Below, in pieces: positions 1 to 13,213 of a stretch of 64,000 bases of DNA; within the stretch, counting starts at the first letter, position 1, and every line of letters begins with the position of its first letter. The DNA comes from Octopus sinensis (taxonomy: Eukaryota): the NCBI RefSeq assembly GCF_006345805.1, contig NC_043009.1, positions 72,044,001-72,108,000 of the forward strand, given 5' to 3'. The notes beneath the pieces were generated by a model. That model had not been told where the DNA came from. It was given only the letters and a program-made list of their open reading frames with translations, and did no database searches. A program made the position numbers and the translations under genes.

Positions 1-808
1 TGGGAGTATGTCAGTTTGGCCACCTTTTGGATTGAAATGATCTGAGTAGCTTTTATATTTGGCCAGTGTGTGTACATGATGGGGAGACATGTAGAGTTGT
101 GTGTGTGTTTGTATGTGTGTGTGTGTGTTTGTATGTGTGTGTGTGCACGTATGTATGTGTGCGTATGCATGTGGGTGTGTGGGTGTATGTGTGCAGTATA
201 AGCTTGAAAGTAAAACAGGCCGAATGAAGACCAGTGTTTGTGTCTCAAAGAAATATATTTCTCATATGTCTAACACTATGGGAATCAAAGTTGGCAAATG
301 GCATTCTGGATCCTTAAAATCTGGGAAAGATTCTCTTTCTGAGCAAACTCAGTTAGACAAATGACCAAATCTAACGATAAAACAAAAAATATAAATATTA
401 AAACAATGAAAAAAAAAGAGTTTCAAAATAAAAAGAAACAAAGAACTGATTTGGATTGGAACAATTTCAGCATTTTATTTCTGCAGAAAGGAAAACATTG
501 ATTAAAAGAAGACAGTGAAGAGAGGAATTGTCTTCTTAAAAATGCTCCAAGCTATTAAGACAGGCAACAGAATTGGTGAAAAATAGGATAGAAATAACTT
601 GAAGAGAAGGAGATGGAATAGAATTACAGAAAATAGTAATTTGTTTCTTTTTCTTTTTTTTTTCTTCATTTGTTTCTAATTCTTTAAATTATAGGTTCCA
701 ACCAATTCTTTCAATGTCACTCAGTCCTGGAGCTCGATTAAGTCTGTTATAACCCTCCTCTGGAATGTACGATTTTGTAGCTATGTTATAAGAACCATTA
801 TAAGAACC

Positions 809-847
<39 letters not shown>

Positions 848-930
848 GTAATAATAATGATGATAATAATTATCATCATCATCATCATCATTATCATTAT
901 TATTATTATTATCATTATCATTATTATTAT

Positions 931-1745
931 TTGAGGGAACCTGTGGAAGAGGTAGACCCAGGAAGACCTGGGATGAAGTGGTGAAGCACGACCTTCGAAC
1001 TTTAGGCCTCACCAAGGAAATGACTTGTGACTGAGACTTTTGGAAATATGCTGTGCGTGAGAAGACCCGGCAAGCCAAATGAGACCATAATCTCATGGCC
1101 TATGCCAGGGGCAAAACCAGCCCACTTATACATATATTTTCCTTCTTTGGACACTAAAACTCTGCTTGCGAAGACCTGTTGAGGCAAGTGAAATCAAAAT
1201 CAAATTCGATGACTGGCGTCTGTGCTAGCAGGGTGCAACGAGCACCATACAAGTGTGATCATTGACAGAGCGGCCAACCGGCTTTCATGCCAGTGGCACC
1301 TAAAAGGCACCATTCGAGTGTGATCGTTACCAGCATCGCCTTACTGGCACTTGAGCCCTGTGCTAGTAGGGTGTTAAGAGCACCATCCAAGCGTGATCAT
1401 TGCCAGAGCAGCTATCTGGCCTCCATGCCGGTGGCATGTAAAAGACACCATCTGAGCCTGACCGTTACCAGCATTGCCTTACTGGCACCTGTGCCGTTGG
1501 CATGTGTAAAAGATTCGAGCAAGGTCGTTGCCAGTACCGCCTGACTGGCCCCATGTCGGTGGCACGTAAAAGCACCCACTACATTCTCAGAGTGGTTGGC
1601 GTTAGAAGGGCATCCAGCTGTAGAAACTCTGCTAGATCAAGATTGAAGCCTGGTGCAGCCATCTGGTTCGCCAGCCCTCAGTCAAAATCGTCCAACCCAT
1701 GCTAGCATGGAAAGCAGACATTAAACGAAGACGATGATGATGATT
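931..1745 (+). mobile_element. 5'-truncated RTE-clade LINE: ORF C-terminus, tandem-repeat 3' UTR and (GAT)n tail
   Basis: From 933 reads EGTCGRGRPRKTWDEVVKHDLRTLGLTKEMTCD*DFWKYAVREKTRQAK*, the GRP..W..D..W C-terminal motif of RTE ORFs. Followed by GTGCC..GGCAC sub-repeats and the end CCCATGCTAGCATGGAAAGC..TTAAACGA(TGA)n seen in many copies in this window. Confidence 0.85.
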
Positions 1746-2029
1746 ATTATTATTATTATTATCTAACAGATCTGAATCGTCAGGCGACATTGCATGCTTG
1801 AGTCAAGTAAATCAAAATCATATCAAAATCACAAACAAATGGAAATTGAAGTTGTGGCCATCCCAAGTGCTGGTGGCATGTAAAAAGCACCATCTGAACA
1901 TGGCCAATGCCAGTGCTGCCAGACTGGCTCCCGTGCCAGTGGTACATACCAACCACTTTTCCCCTGCCCATACCATTGGCATTTGTGAGGTCACCAAGTA
2001 ACTTCCAAGACATGAACAGCAAAAGGGAA

Positions 2030-2556
2030 AAAGGAAAGAAAGAAAGCTGCCATGACTAAGCTGTGCAAATAATTAGGGGGAAGGGTTATGCCAGGTGTTG
2101 AGAAGCCAAAGTATGCTGGCAGGACAGACATAGGTGTGTTGCTATGAAGGAGATACATGGCTACCCTACATAATGATGGTGGTGAGGTGACAGGACATCT
2201 CAAGATACAGGATGAATGGGTGGGAGGGGAGAGAAGAGGGATAGTGTCATAAGAGAGGGGAGGGAGAGTAATAGACATCTAGGGATGAAGGAGTAGAGGT
2301 GAATGTAGAGAGCGATGAACGAGGGTGCGGAGTGTGGTTGATGGGAAATACCAGTATGGAGGGAGGGTAAGGTGAGGGAGATAGAAATGGGTCTGGGAGG
2401 AGAATGGGTCAGAAAGTAAGAGGATGATGCGCAAGGTGTAGTGGTGGTGGGGAGGGAGATGTAGATGTCTACAAGAGTGGCTATGGTAGGGGCTGGGGGT
2501 AGGGTAGGAGTGGGGCTTGATCACTGAGGGCTCACTAAAAGTCCTGTCCATGTCCT
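2030..2556 (-). mobile_element. Degenerate Penelope-like element fragment (region downstream of RT)
   Basis: Minus-strand translation (..LSDPFSSQT..LPPYWYF..TLRTLVHRSL) loosely resembles the PLE linker 'L..DP....F...P..AF....LR..LV.S.L'; heavily decayed. Confidence 0.4.
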
Positions 2557-2610
2557 GAATTTGAATTCTGCAAATGTAAATTTTACCTTTTATTCTCCCA
2601 GAGTCAATGA

Positions 2611-2821
2611 AAGCAGCAAGCTGGCAGAATCGTTAGCATGCCGGGCAAAATGCATAGAGACATTTCGTTTGTCTTTACGCTCTGAGTTCAAATTCCGCCA
2701 GGGTCGACTTTGCCTTTCATCCTTTTGGGGTTGATAAATTAAGAACCAGTGAAACACTGGGGTCGATTGAGTATTCCCCTCCCCACAAATTTCAGGCTTT
2801 GTGCCTTCAGTAGAAAGGATT
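2611..2821 (+). mobile_element. tRNA-derived SINE, family B (~210 bp, Meta-domain-like core)
   Basis: Pol III A/B boxes (AGCTGGCAGAATCGTTAG; GAGTTCAAATTCC), core GACTTTGCCTTTCATCCTTTTGGGGTTGATAAATTAAG..CCAG, end GTGCCT..AGTAGAAAGGATT. Further copies at about 10125-10328(-), 13744-13956(-), 19780-19975(+), 22667-22882(-), 29725-29892(-), 42510-42718(-), 48537-48758(-), 55240-55455(-), 55525-55742(-), 63915-64000(-). Confidence 0.85.
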
Positions 2822-3359
2822 CTTTCAGAGTCAATAAAATAAGGATTTCACAGACTGAGGCTGGGAGGGGAGAAGAATCTCAGTCATAGTGGCACTTCAC
2901 TTCTCCCTTTCACATTTAGAATGTTGCGTTAAAGTTAGAAATCAATATTGTTGGAAGCTTCAGTAGACACACAAATAGACAGACTATATGACAGTTTGTA
3001 TGTATGTGTATATATATATATATATAGACTAACAATACACACATATATACATGCACATACATAGATACATATAAAACCTCTCTCTCTCTCTCTAAAACGT
3101 CTTAGATACTTAAATGTTTAAAAACCTTTACTTTGCAGAAAAGATTATTTCAGTAGGATTCCCTTCAAAGATAAATCAAAAACACCAAACAAGTAATGCT
3201 GAATTTCCCATTTGGTTTTTTTTCTATGTTGTTGAAATTCAAATAAATTTTATTCGGTTTCTTTCTTTTGCAGATTCTGTATTTTACTCCTGAAACTTAA
3301 ACTAATCTAATTAATGTGTTTCATTTTTAGCTAATAAGTTCATAATCTGGTTTTAGTCA

Positions 3360-3530
3360 ATGTTATTTACCCCCAGGTTAGACCTGATCCATCAGATTTA
3401 TGGTCAAAGATATTCCAGCTATGATTATAAAGTATTAAAAGCTACACTTTCCAATGTATCCTTCTTTATTCAAGATGGTAGGTACAATGTATCTTGAAGA
3501 TTTTGCTGCCATTTTTAGCAATAGAGGTGG
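3360..3530 (+). repeat. Old dispersed repeat family (..ACCCCAGGTCAG..TGATCAAAGGCATTCCAGCCATGACC..GATTTGGCTGCTATTTCTAGC)
   Basis: Diverged copies recognisable at about 8080-8270(-), 20190-20520(-), 24100-24260(+), 36395-36580(+), 40640-40770(-), 48180-48370(+), 58050-58230(-), 63660-63835(-). Confidence 0.6.
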
Positions 3531-4584
3531 CTCTTTCATTGGCTCAAGACTCTTTTGGTTTTTTTGCACTGGAAATATTTGGTCCTCATTTTCTAGGAAA
3601 ATAAAAAGAAAGTCCAGGAATTGAACTCATCACCCTACAATAATGAGTTCAACAACCAATCCACCACTGGGTCACATATCTTTGTTCTTGCCTTAAACTT
3701 GTTTATTATGGTTTATCCCATTATCTCAAAAATGATCTGCATCTTTGACTTGTTAAACTTCTCCAAAGTGCTGTGCAACAGGATTGAAATGAACTTGTAA
3801 CCATGTGGTTGGGAAGCTGACTATTTAACCACACACCCATTGTGTTCCAGTTCTCCCTATCCAGGCTTCAAATCCTGTTCAGGCCAGTTTTACTGTTCAT
3901 CTTTTTAGGGTTGATAAAATATCAATCAAAGGTTGTGAATTCACAAAATTGGTAGAGCATCCAATGAGATGCCTTGTGGTATAAATCCCTGCTCTTTGTA
4001 TCTAGACTAAATCTATAACCCAGATTAATACCTCCATCTGGTCGTTGGGTACCGTTAGCAGAGTTCATTCTGTTGCAAGCATTCAAGTCAGGTCTCACTT
4101 TCAAGATAATTTCCTCTCTTCCTCTCACCAATCTTGAAGGATTGGTAAAGAATAAAGAGTCACAAGTACTGACTCTGCTTCTCTGAGTGATTTTGGTAAA
4201 TGTCAGAAAGTTTGGTTGCCATGAAGAATGGAAAATAACTGATGTTTTTGGTTAAAGTGCTTCATGATTAAGTGTTGGCCAGCAGAAATGAAGACAGTGA
4301 ATAATTCATTTGGTTTGGATCATAAGTGGATGAGGAGGTAAGTGTAGAGGGTTGTGTGGAGGTTGATCTGGAAGAGAAGATGAAGATCTTGTAAAATTTC
4401 TTCCCACAACTTGAAATATTTCACATCTTTATCAGATTGGAAACTGCTAATTGGCTAAAATTACATAAATATAAATACTTGTACCTTCTTTATTATTAAT
4501 TCCCAGAAAAGTGAATGCAATTTTTGTCATCAGCATGAAAAACTTCATAAAAACTACATAAATGAAAAAAATAATAATCGGCTA

Positions 4585-4635
4585 ACCAAAAGCCTTGTGG
4601 GTGGATTTAGTTGATAGAAACTGAAAGAAGCCTGT

Positions 4636-4709
<74 letters not shown>

Positions 4710-4925
4710 TCCTCTTGAAATTACATGATGTCATAAACAAGCATCACCTTTATATCATTCTTTTCCAATCTTCCACAAAAACATGTCTGGCCTGTAGGGA
4801 AATCCTACCTTGCATGGAAACAGGTGAGGGCTGGTGACAGGAAGGGCACCCAGCCACAGAAAATCTGCCCAACCAAACTCTGTCTGATCCATGCAAGCAT
4901 GAGAGAGTAATCATTAAAAAAACAG
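4585..4925 (+). mobile_element. SINE with family-A body, internal (GT)n and RTE-like 3' tail
   Basis: AAAGCCTTGTGGGTGGATTT..GAAACTGAAAGAAGCC (family A), (GT)n, then GGAAGGGCACCCAGCC..ATCCATGCAAGCATG matching the RTE 3' end. Related tail on - at about 60680-60820. Confidence 0.6.
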
Positions 4926-5208
4926 CAGTGAGGATAATCTTGTCCAAAGTCCTAATGGCTACCAGCATGCCACTATTTTTACCAATGTAGTTCTTTCATC
5001 AGTTTACAGGGATTCTGAATTCTAGTCCATATTGAAAATATGGTCATAAGTTCTGATTTTTACAAGTGTTATTATGTAATGTCCTTCAAACGAGGCTTGT
5101 CTTATCTCTGTTCCATTCCTACTCCCCCCCCCCCCCGTGCCAGTGATTACTGGCAGGAAATGGGGCTTCTACCCAGCTGTGGAAACAATTGCTTCTACTA
5201 ATAACACT

Positions 5209-5239
<31 letters not shown>

Positions 5240-8200
5240 CAACAGAGAAATGAATGCAAAACACATTTACTATTTAAAGAGGTGATAGAGGAGGGGCTGA
5301 TGGGGGGGAGCAGATGGGGAGAAGGGATGAGGTGGGGAGAAGATGAGAGGGATGGGGAGTAGATGAAGAGCAGCACCCTATTGTGATGAGGGTAACAAAT
5401 TGATGTTCAGCTGGAACTTTCATAGGTGGATTATCTGGAGAGAGAATGTGATTATGGAGAGGCCTTAATGGATTGTTGGATTATCACAGAAGGGATTTAG
5501 GATGAGGACACCTGAACCTGGTGGAAGAAACTCGTCCCATCCCTCCCCTACCCCCACCCTCCATGCTTCACCATTCCTCATCTGAGTTAGAGACTAAAAC
5601 AACAGGAAATCTAAAAGGAAGACGGTAAAAGAAGGATTGAACCTACATTGCAGGTCTAGCAGACTGGAAGCTTTCAAACACACACACACATATATATATA
5701 GACATATGTATTACATACATATACATCCATACACAGACACATACTCATGCCTGTTATACATAAATATTCACATGGATATACACACACACTCACACATAGA
5801 TATGCACAGACATACATACATATACACAGATAAACACACACACACACACACACACACAGCTCTGAAGAACTGTTCCAAAATGTCATTGGGCCAGACAAGT
5901 AAAGCTAAATTCTATGATAATGGCACTAAAAGTTTACCATTCTGGCTGAGATTCTCACTGAATCAGGACAACGACTACAACATTAACCTTCCACGGATGA
6001 GAGAACAACATTACTGGTTTGCTAGCAGAAACAGGAGACTGGCAATGGAACAAAGGGGTTTCCAATATTTCTTGTATTGTAGTGTAATGGGAGAGAAGAG
6101 GGGGAAGGTATGGAGAGAGGCTGAAGAGGAGAGAAAGAGAGAGGAAGGAAGGAGTGGAGAGGGTGGGGAAAATAAGGAGGAGAGGAAGAAAGGAAGAGAG
6201 AAAGAAACAAACAAGAGAGAGAATGACAATGGGTGTGAATGAGTGTTGTAGGGGTGAGGAGTGGAAAGTAAATTATAAACAACTTTAACAATAGCAGCAA
6301 CAACAACAACAACAAAAGCAGTAAACAACAAGTACAAAAGTAAGAGTAAAGAAGCAATGTTGTACCTACATCTCCAATAACAACAGCAACAACCTCAAGA
6401 ACAATGACAACAACAATAAGTAAACAACAGCTGCAACAATGACAAGAGAAGCAACAATAGTTGCAGCAGCAGCAGCAGCAGCAGCAGCAACACACATGAG
6501 GTGGGTGGGGAGGGGGGGAAAAGAGAATTCGAGAAATAAGAAAACATACAACAAAAGCCTTGTATTGAATAATAGAAGTGGTGGGAGTGGGGGTTATTTT
6601 TGTTTTTGGTTTTTGTTGTTTTTGGAGACCCAGGAATCATGATTAGTTGGAAAAGGATACATTGACCAATTTTGTTTGACCTTAGGCTATGAAGGTCAAC
6701 TTTATTAGTGACATTACTCCCTGTCTGAAGCAACAAGGGGGTAAGCAAACAAAGGAGCCTCTGCGTGATCAATCAGCCTGCTAGAAACAGCAGCCATACA
6801 TCCTTCAAATACATCTTTCTGATTTAAAAAAAAAGAAGGGGCAGTTGTATGATATAGTCTGAGATATACTAAGCTTGAATAAATGATGGGACAGGCAAGG
6901 TTGGAACAGCTTTGATCGGGAACAGCTTTGATGTCTGGGGTTAAAAAAAGCAAGTTGAATCAACAAGAAAGTATTTTTGGTAGATTATACTCAACCTACT
7001 AGAAATAACAAACAAATCTCCCTCAAATTACATTTAACCTTCTTGAAAAAGAAAGACCACCCTGCATGCAGTGTGTCTGCAAAAGCTTGTCATGGCTGGA
7101 TTGGCTTTGGTCACTGGTCTAGCAACAACAACAACCAGAAATGTGAATTTGATTCACAAATTTACATGGATTTAAACATTAATGGCTAAGCTTGCATTAT
7201 GCTTATCTCCTCCTTTGTGTCTCTATGATCATCCCTGATTAATTAATTAGTTTTTAGATAAAACTCAAAGAAGTGGTAAACGCTGGAAATATTTCAATGT
7301 TCCATGCTATTTTTTGTCAAATTTATTTTTGTCAAATTTCTGCCAGACATTTTCAGGACAATGTTTTCATCTACAAAGATGGTTTTTTTGTCTTTATGAA
7401 TGGTCCAGTTACCGTTTCATTGTTTTTTTGTTTTGTTTTTTTTTCATGTGAGAATGGCAGAAGAGTACCTGTGCAACTTGGATGGAAAAAATATTAAAAG
7501 GTATTTTTGGCAAATTCCAGCCACAAGGCATTTCAAAATTTTCAACTGCTTTATCAATCTTTTCCACCTCCCACAGTAGTTAACTCATGCAGAACATCTT
7601 GAATTGTGACATTCTATCCGTTCTTTGGTACTAGATTCAGACATTAGTCAATGGCCATGCCAGGTCACCAATTTCAGAACCTTTTTGTTGTATGGATATG
7701 TGAGTGTGCATATATCTATGTTTATATACATATATGTGTACGTGTGTGTGTGTGTGTGTAATGGAATCATTACTGAGACTCCTGCCTATCTATAAAAACA
7801 GGATGGAATCAAGATATATGTTAACCAGCTGTAATCAAACTTGTTTTGGTTGGAGGGGAGAGAGAGAGAGAGAATGAAAAAAGGGTACAATGAAAATTAT
7901 TATTTCAATTCTTTTTTAAAAAACAAAATTCGGTAATCACCCCAACCCCGCTTAGTTGCACCATCAAAGAAAATTAGATACAATCAAAGCGTTTTATAAA
8001 TACTGCCTTCAGAGTAGGAGGGTTTACTCAACATTGTTTTAATAACCATTCACACACACAGAAGCCTCTATGTAGTCTCCCACCCTGGAAATAGCAGTCA
8101 AAACCTTCCTTAAATCACACCCTACAATCTTACAAAAAAAAGACCATGTTCGATAATCTGGCCCCAAACTTCCCTACACAGAGGTTAAAAAAGGAACAGG

Positions 8201-8451
8201 ATGGTCTCTGATGGAATGCTTTTGATCATGAGTGTGCTAATGATCAAAGGATTGACCCGGGGTTAAGCAACAACACACAGACAGACAAAACAGAAATTCT
8301 AATATCAAAAACCAAACACAGAATGTAGGATGGAGGGGCAGTGTGGGTGAGGATGGGGTTGGAGAATAAAAATGGCAAAAGTTTGGTTTCAGACTCATTA
8401 TATTCTGATTAATAGAGTAAAATGTCATAATCAAGTAGTTTGAAGGGTTGC

Positions 8452-8768
8452 ATCATCATCATCATCAGCAGCAGCATCATCACCATCACCATCACCACCA
8501 TCATCATCACCATCACCACCACCATCATCATCATCATCACCATCACCACCACCATCATAACTATTACTATCATTATCACTGTTATTATCGTTATTATCAT
8601 CTTCATCATCATTATTATTGTTACTAATATGATCATCATCAACATCATCATCGTTATTATTATCATTATTATTATTATTATCATTATTATTATTATTATT
8701 ACTGTTATTATTATTATCGTTATTATTATCATTATTATTACTGTTATTATTATTATCGTTATTATTAC
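8452..8768. repeat. Compound (CAT/CAC)n-(TAT)n trinucleotide microsatellite
   Basis: Direct reading; explains the poly-I/poly-M ORFs at 8409-8958. Confidence 0.95.
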
Positions 8769-8863
8769 TTTGTTGAGGGTCTATTTTATTAAAAAGTTCT
8801 TTTCATATTTTATGAAATGCTTGTCTTTGCATTTTAGCTACTTCTCTGTTTCTCTCTTTATGC

Positions 8864-8920
<57 letters not shown>

Positions 8921-11245
8921 ACACATACACACACACGTACATATATAATATTTTTTAATGTTTTGTTTCCATTTAGGTATTGTTTTATTTGTTGCTGTTT
9001 ATTGTTTTTTGTTTTTGCGCATTGGCACACTTTATGCATTGTGTGCAACGGAACCAGATAAAAGCTAATAGCATTTGATGGCCAATTGCTCAAAAAGAAA
9101 AAAAGAGATGGAGGGTGTCGGTTAGAGAAAGAGAGAGAGTAGAACTTAAATACATATACACACACACACACACACACATATCTAAACAAAAGAGCTGGAA
9201 TATTCAAATTGTCTGTCTGTGTATTGGTTGTTTTTCAGGCATTCAATACAGAAATAAGTTGTCTTTTAGGGGCAAAAGTATATAAAAAAAAGTGTGTATG
9301 TATGTATGCATATATGCTTGTACATGTGTGTGTGTGTGTGTGTGTATGTGTGTGTTTGTGAGAGAGAGAAAGTGTATACAAACACCCCACACACATAAAC
9401 ACTATTTTTTCTATAAAATCTATGTATACTTTTATATTTTATATAAATAGAAGTTTGCAAACATGTTTGTGCTCCAATAATGAATCAAACAGACATTACA
9501 TATACATGTGTGTGTATGTGTGTGTGTGTAAACTTAGGGATATGTAGCAAAAACTGAAAGCAAAACAACCACACATTCATACTCACACATGAAAACACCC
9601 ACACAAAGATATACAAATATATGCACTCATGCATGCATGTGCACGCATGCACACACACACACACACACACACACAGAGAAATAAATAGAAAGAAAGAAGA
9701 AGACAATGGTGAAAGAGACGGGTAATGAAAAAACATCCAATATGAGCAAAAAAAGTAAAGCTATAAAAATATATATATAGATATTTAGTATGCTGTAGAA
9801 GCAATAAATAAATTAATCAATTAACGAAATAATCAAATGAGAGTCAAAGAGTCAATGACTGCGGCAATGCCATGCTAAACATGTTCGCATCAATTCCCAC
9901 GCTTCATGTTCATGTATCATCAATACACTTTGAAGCGGACTAAAGTCAAGAGGCAGTAAAATGAGACTCTCTTCTGGTAATGGATGACAGCCACAACACT
10001 TCCAAGCAGATGAAAATATGAACAGTAAAAGCAAAAATATATTTTTAAAGTGAGTTCCTCTGTTGCAAAGATGGAGACATTCAAATGTTTCTTCTTCAGT
10101 GAGAAACAATAATTGTTTCAAGTGCTGACGCAAGGCCAGCAATTTCAGTGAAGGAGATAAGTCGATTACATCAACCCCAATATGCTACTAGTACTTATTT
10201 TATCGACCCCGAAAGGAAGAAAGGCAAAGTCAACCTCGGTGGAATTTGAACTCAGAACATAAGGACAGATGAAATGCAGTTAAGCATTTTGCTTGGTGTG
10301 CTCATGATTCCGCCAGGTTGCTGCCTTCAGTTTTAGAAAAGGGAATGAAAGAGAAAAAAAAGGTAGCTGCACCATTCTGGTCTCCAGCTTTTGCTTGCTT
10401 CTAACTAAGTTGTTTATTTCTTTGATGTTTGTCCCATTTCTGACCACCAGTGGCTCAACATGTTTTTACAGCAGACATAACCAACGACATCCTCCTGCCT
10501 GAATGGTGACATTGGTTTTACATCCGAGTAAACAATGTCGAGACAGAAACGGCAAGAAACACAATCACGCACAAACGCACTGACACATAGAAACATAGCT
10601 AGACTTAAAAGAGATTTCATAGATTTTCTATCAGACAGAGTTTCTCTCACAAAGTATAGATTAGCAGGAACAAATCCAAAGCTGTATGAAGAGAACTTAA
10701 CTACACAATCATACTTGCATGGAACTAAATGTACAAGTGCGAAGGTGCTTCCTTTCATATACACGTCGTCCCCACTATCTCACTCCCTCTTTCTCCACAC
10801 ACTCATAGAGAGTATCCAAAAAATGCATACACTCTTTAAAAATTGATAACTTAATTTTCTTTCTTTTTAGATTTAATTCATTAGAAATAATGAAGAAAAC
10901 AATTTCCTTATAACAAAGGAAATTTATCGTAAAATGCAACTGAAAGTTTGGAAACAGTATTGAAGTGTGAAGGTGGTTTAGGAGTTTCAACCAAATCCAT
11001 GTCTGTCGCTTACCATCATTTGAATTAGAGATAAGTTTGAAACAGATGCAACTGTTCAGAATGCCAAAAGTCAACCATGAAGAATTGGAGAAAGAAATCC
11101 ACAATTTCTGTCCAAAACTACAATTGGTTGAGCTTTTCATCCTAAAGTGCAGAGGATGAATCTCTGACAAGGACTGAGTCAAAACTGACCCCACAAAAAG
11201 GAAGAAAGGATCACCTGATAAAATATATTAATACAGGACATATGC

Positions 11246-11366
11246 AGTGATGTGTATAAATACAAATTTGTTAGCAGTTCAAATTCAGTGAATGGCTTTG
11301 TTACAGGTTCAAATAAACCTCAAATATATTTGAACTGGTAACAAGTTTGCATTTGTACACATCACT
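11246..11366. mobile_element. ~120-bp MITE-like element with ~38-bp imperfect terminal inverted repeats
   Basis: AGTGATGTGTATAAATACAAATTTGTTAGCAGTTCAAAT at the left end; the right end reverse-complements to AGTGATGTGTACAAATGCAAACTTGTTACCAGTTCAAAT. Confidence 0.65.
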
Positions 11367-11389
11367 TCTGTCAGACAAAAAAAAAACAG

Positions 11390-12480
11390 CTTCTAAACAA
11401 TGAAACAATAATCATCAAACGCGCAGATAAAGGTGTTGTCATAATGGATGCTGAATATTATCAAGATTTAGCTGAGAATCAATTGAAAAATATAAACTTT
11501 TAGTCTGAAATATCTACAAATATAAGTCATGGCATTGTGAAACAGCTTAGCAATCTGTTTTCAAACACCATGATTTGCTAATTACTAATGAAAATAATTA
11601 CTTTATGAATTTTGAACTCAAACCTAGCAACTTTATGGCCTGCTAAAAATGCAAAAACAAAGTGGTGGATATGTCAAATTGCTCCACCCACAAAACTAAT
11701 AGCTTAGGTCTGTCATGACTGGGCCAACATCTACAACACATCACCTAAGAGAATTTAGTGACATTATTTTGAAACCATTGTGCATTTTCATATTGAGTTT
11801 CATTCAAGATGATATTGGATTTTCTGTCCCATCTACCGTAAGCAAGAGATCCTAATTTAGTATTTGTTAGTTTTGATGTAGTAAGTCTCTACAAAAATAC
11901 TTCACATGATATAGGAACAATCAAATATTGGGGTGAAAATCATAGAGGGGTTATTCCCAATAGATTTTCCTTGGACTTCGTAGGCTGTTAGTTTTATTCT
12001 AGAGGATACATTCTTTAGCAATGAGAAAATTATCTACAGTGTAAAGGTACTGCCATGGGAACTAAATTTGCCCCAGTATACATGAAATCAGTAATGGGAT
12101 AACTGAAGCAAAAACTATAAAAGAAAACTATGGCACTAGTTTTAGAAAATATAAAAGGGCTCATAGAATAGATTTCTTGATAACTGTTTTTGAATCTAAA
12201 GAAAATCTGTAAATAATTTAGAGGAATTCAGTATCCTTTTGATCAATTTATATCAAACCCTAAAGAAGACTGGCAACACAAAATTAACTTTTCTCAACAT
12301 AATGATAATTAAAAATAACACTGACATACAATGGATCAACATTATAAAGACATGGATATGCATCAATATCTGAGCAGTGAACCATGTCACCCAGCATATA
12401 TAAAATGCAATATCCCGTATTATCAAACCTAGAAATTTGTACAGTTGTTGATGATATCAACATCAGAAAAGAATGATTCA
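11390..12480 (+). pseudogene. Penelope-like retroelement reverse transcriptase, decayed
   Basis: Ordered motifs across frameshifts and stops: IIKRADKG.VIMD..YY, FYGLLKMQK, DIILKPL..SFIQDD, FVSFDVVSLYKN, YLQCKGTAMGTKFAP, RFLDNCF. These match the PLE RT consensus (PADKG, FYGLPKIHK, DV.SLYTN, GTAMG..AP, RYIDD). Confidence 0.85.
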
Positions 12481-13020
12481 CAGAACGTTGTTGTTCACAT
12501 CTCCTTCTCTAGCTCATGCCCCGCCCCCACACCTCCATCACCTTCTACCTACACTCAACCTCTCTCTCTCTATCTTGCAAACCACAACCCCCTTTCCATA
12601 TTCCCCTCCCAACTCTATCCACATTATTACTCTCCCCACTATCACCTCCACACACCCACAATGATAAACTCATTCCTTTCATTATACTTTTCATCAAAAT
12701 CATCATCCTCTCGTATTCTTGCTTCAGGGTGGCCCTTCTTTAATCTTGCCAGTGACAAGGTGACCATCACTAGCAAGATAACACTTTGTGATATGGATGG
12801 CATTAGGAAGGGCACCCAGCCAGGGAAACCATGCTGGAACTGAGATGTTCACAATAGCAAAAGAGATACTTTGAAGAGTACATCTTTTATCCTTTACTTG
12901 AAAGTCTAGTCAAAATGATCAATCCCTGTATTTAATTCTTAAAGTCTGATGCTTATTCTGTCAGCCTCTTTTGTTGGACTGCTAAGTTACAGGGACATGT
13001 GCAAGCCAGCCTTGGTTGTC
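12031..13020 (+). repeat. Source copy of a local duplication (copy 1)
   Basis: Near-identical to 14828-15689 apart from 12426-12553 and a handful of substitutions. Confidence 0.95.
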
Positions 13021-13213
13021 AAGCAGTGGTGGAATAAACACAAACACACACACATGCAACAGGCTTCCATACAGTTTCCACCTACTAAACTTATTCACAG
13101 AGCATTGGTCATCCTGGGGATATGGTAGAAGATTCCCAAAGTGACAAGCAGTGGGACTGAATCCCCAAAAAGGCCTTGTGGTTGCAAAGCAAGCTTCTTA
13201 ACCACACAGCCAC
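12883..13213 (-). mobile_element. SINE family A, diverged copy
   Basis: Matches 41873-42291 (GCAGTGGGACTGAA..CTTAACCACACAGCC). Confidence 0.75.

Noticed and set aside
689-811. Possible 3' end of another non-LTR element before (TAA)n
   Set aside because: Too short, single copy in the window, no diagnostic motif.
10508-10539. Hairpin as a microRNA precursor
   Set aside because: Stem only about 12 bp and does not extend; no recognisable mature miRNA.
10535-10846. 103-aa ORF MSRQKRQ.. as a host gene exon
   Set aside because: No recognisable domain or convincing splice boundaries; length is within chance expectation.
12426-12553. 128-bp segment missing from the duplicate as a spliced intron (processed retrocopy)
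   Set aside because: On - it can start GTAGGT but then ends TTT, 4 nt from the nearest AG; no register on either strand gives GT..AG. Microhomology deletion fits better.
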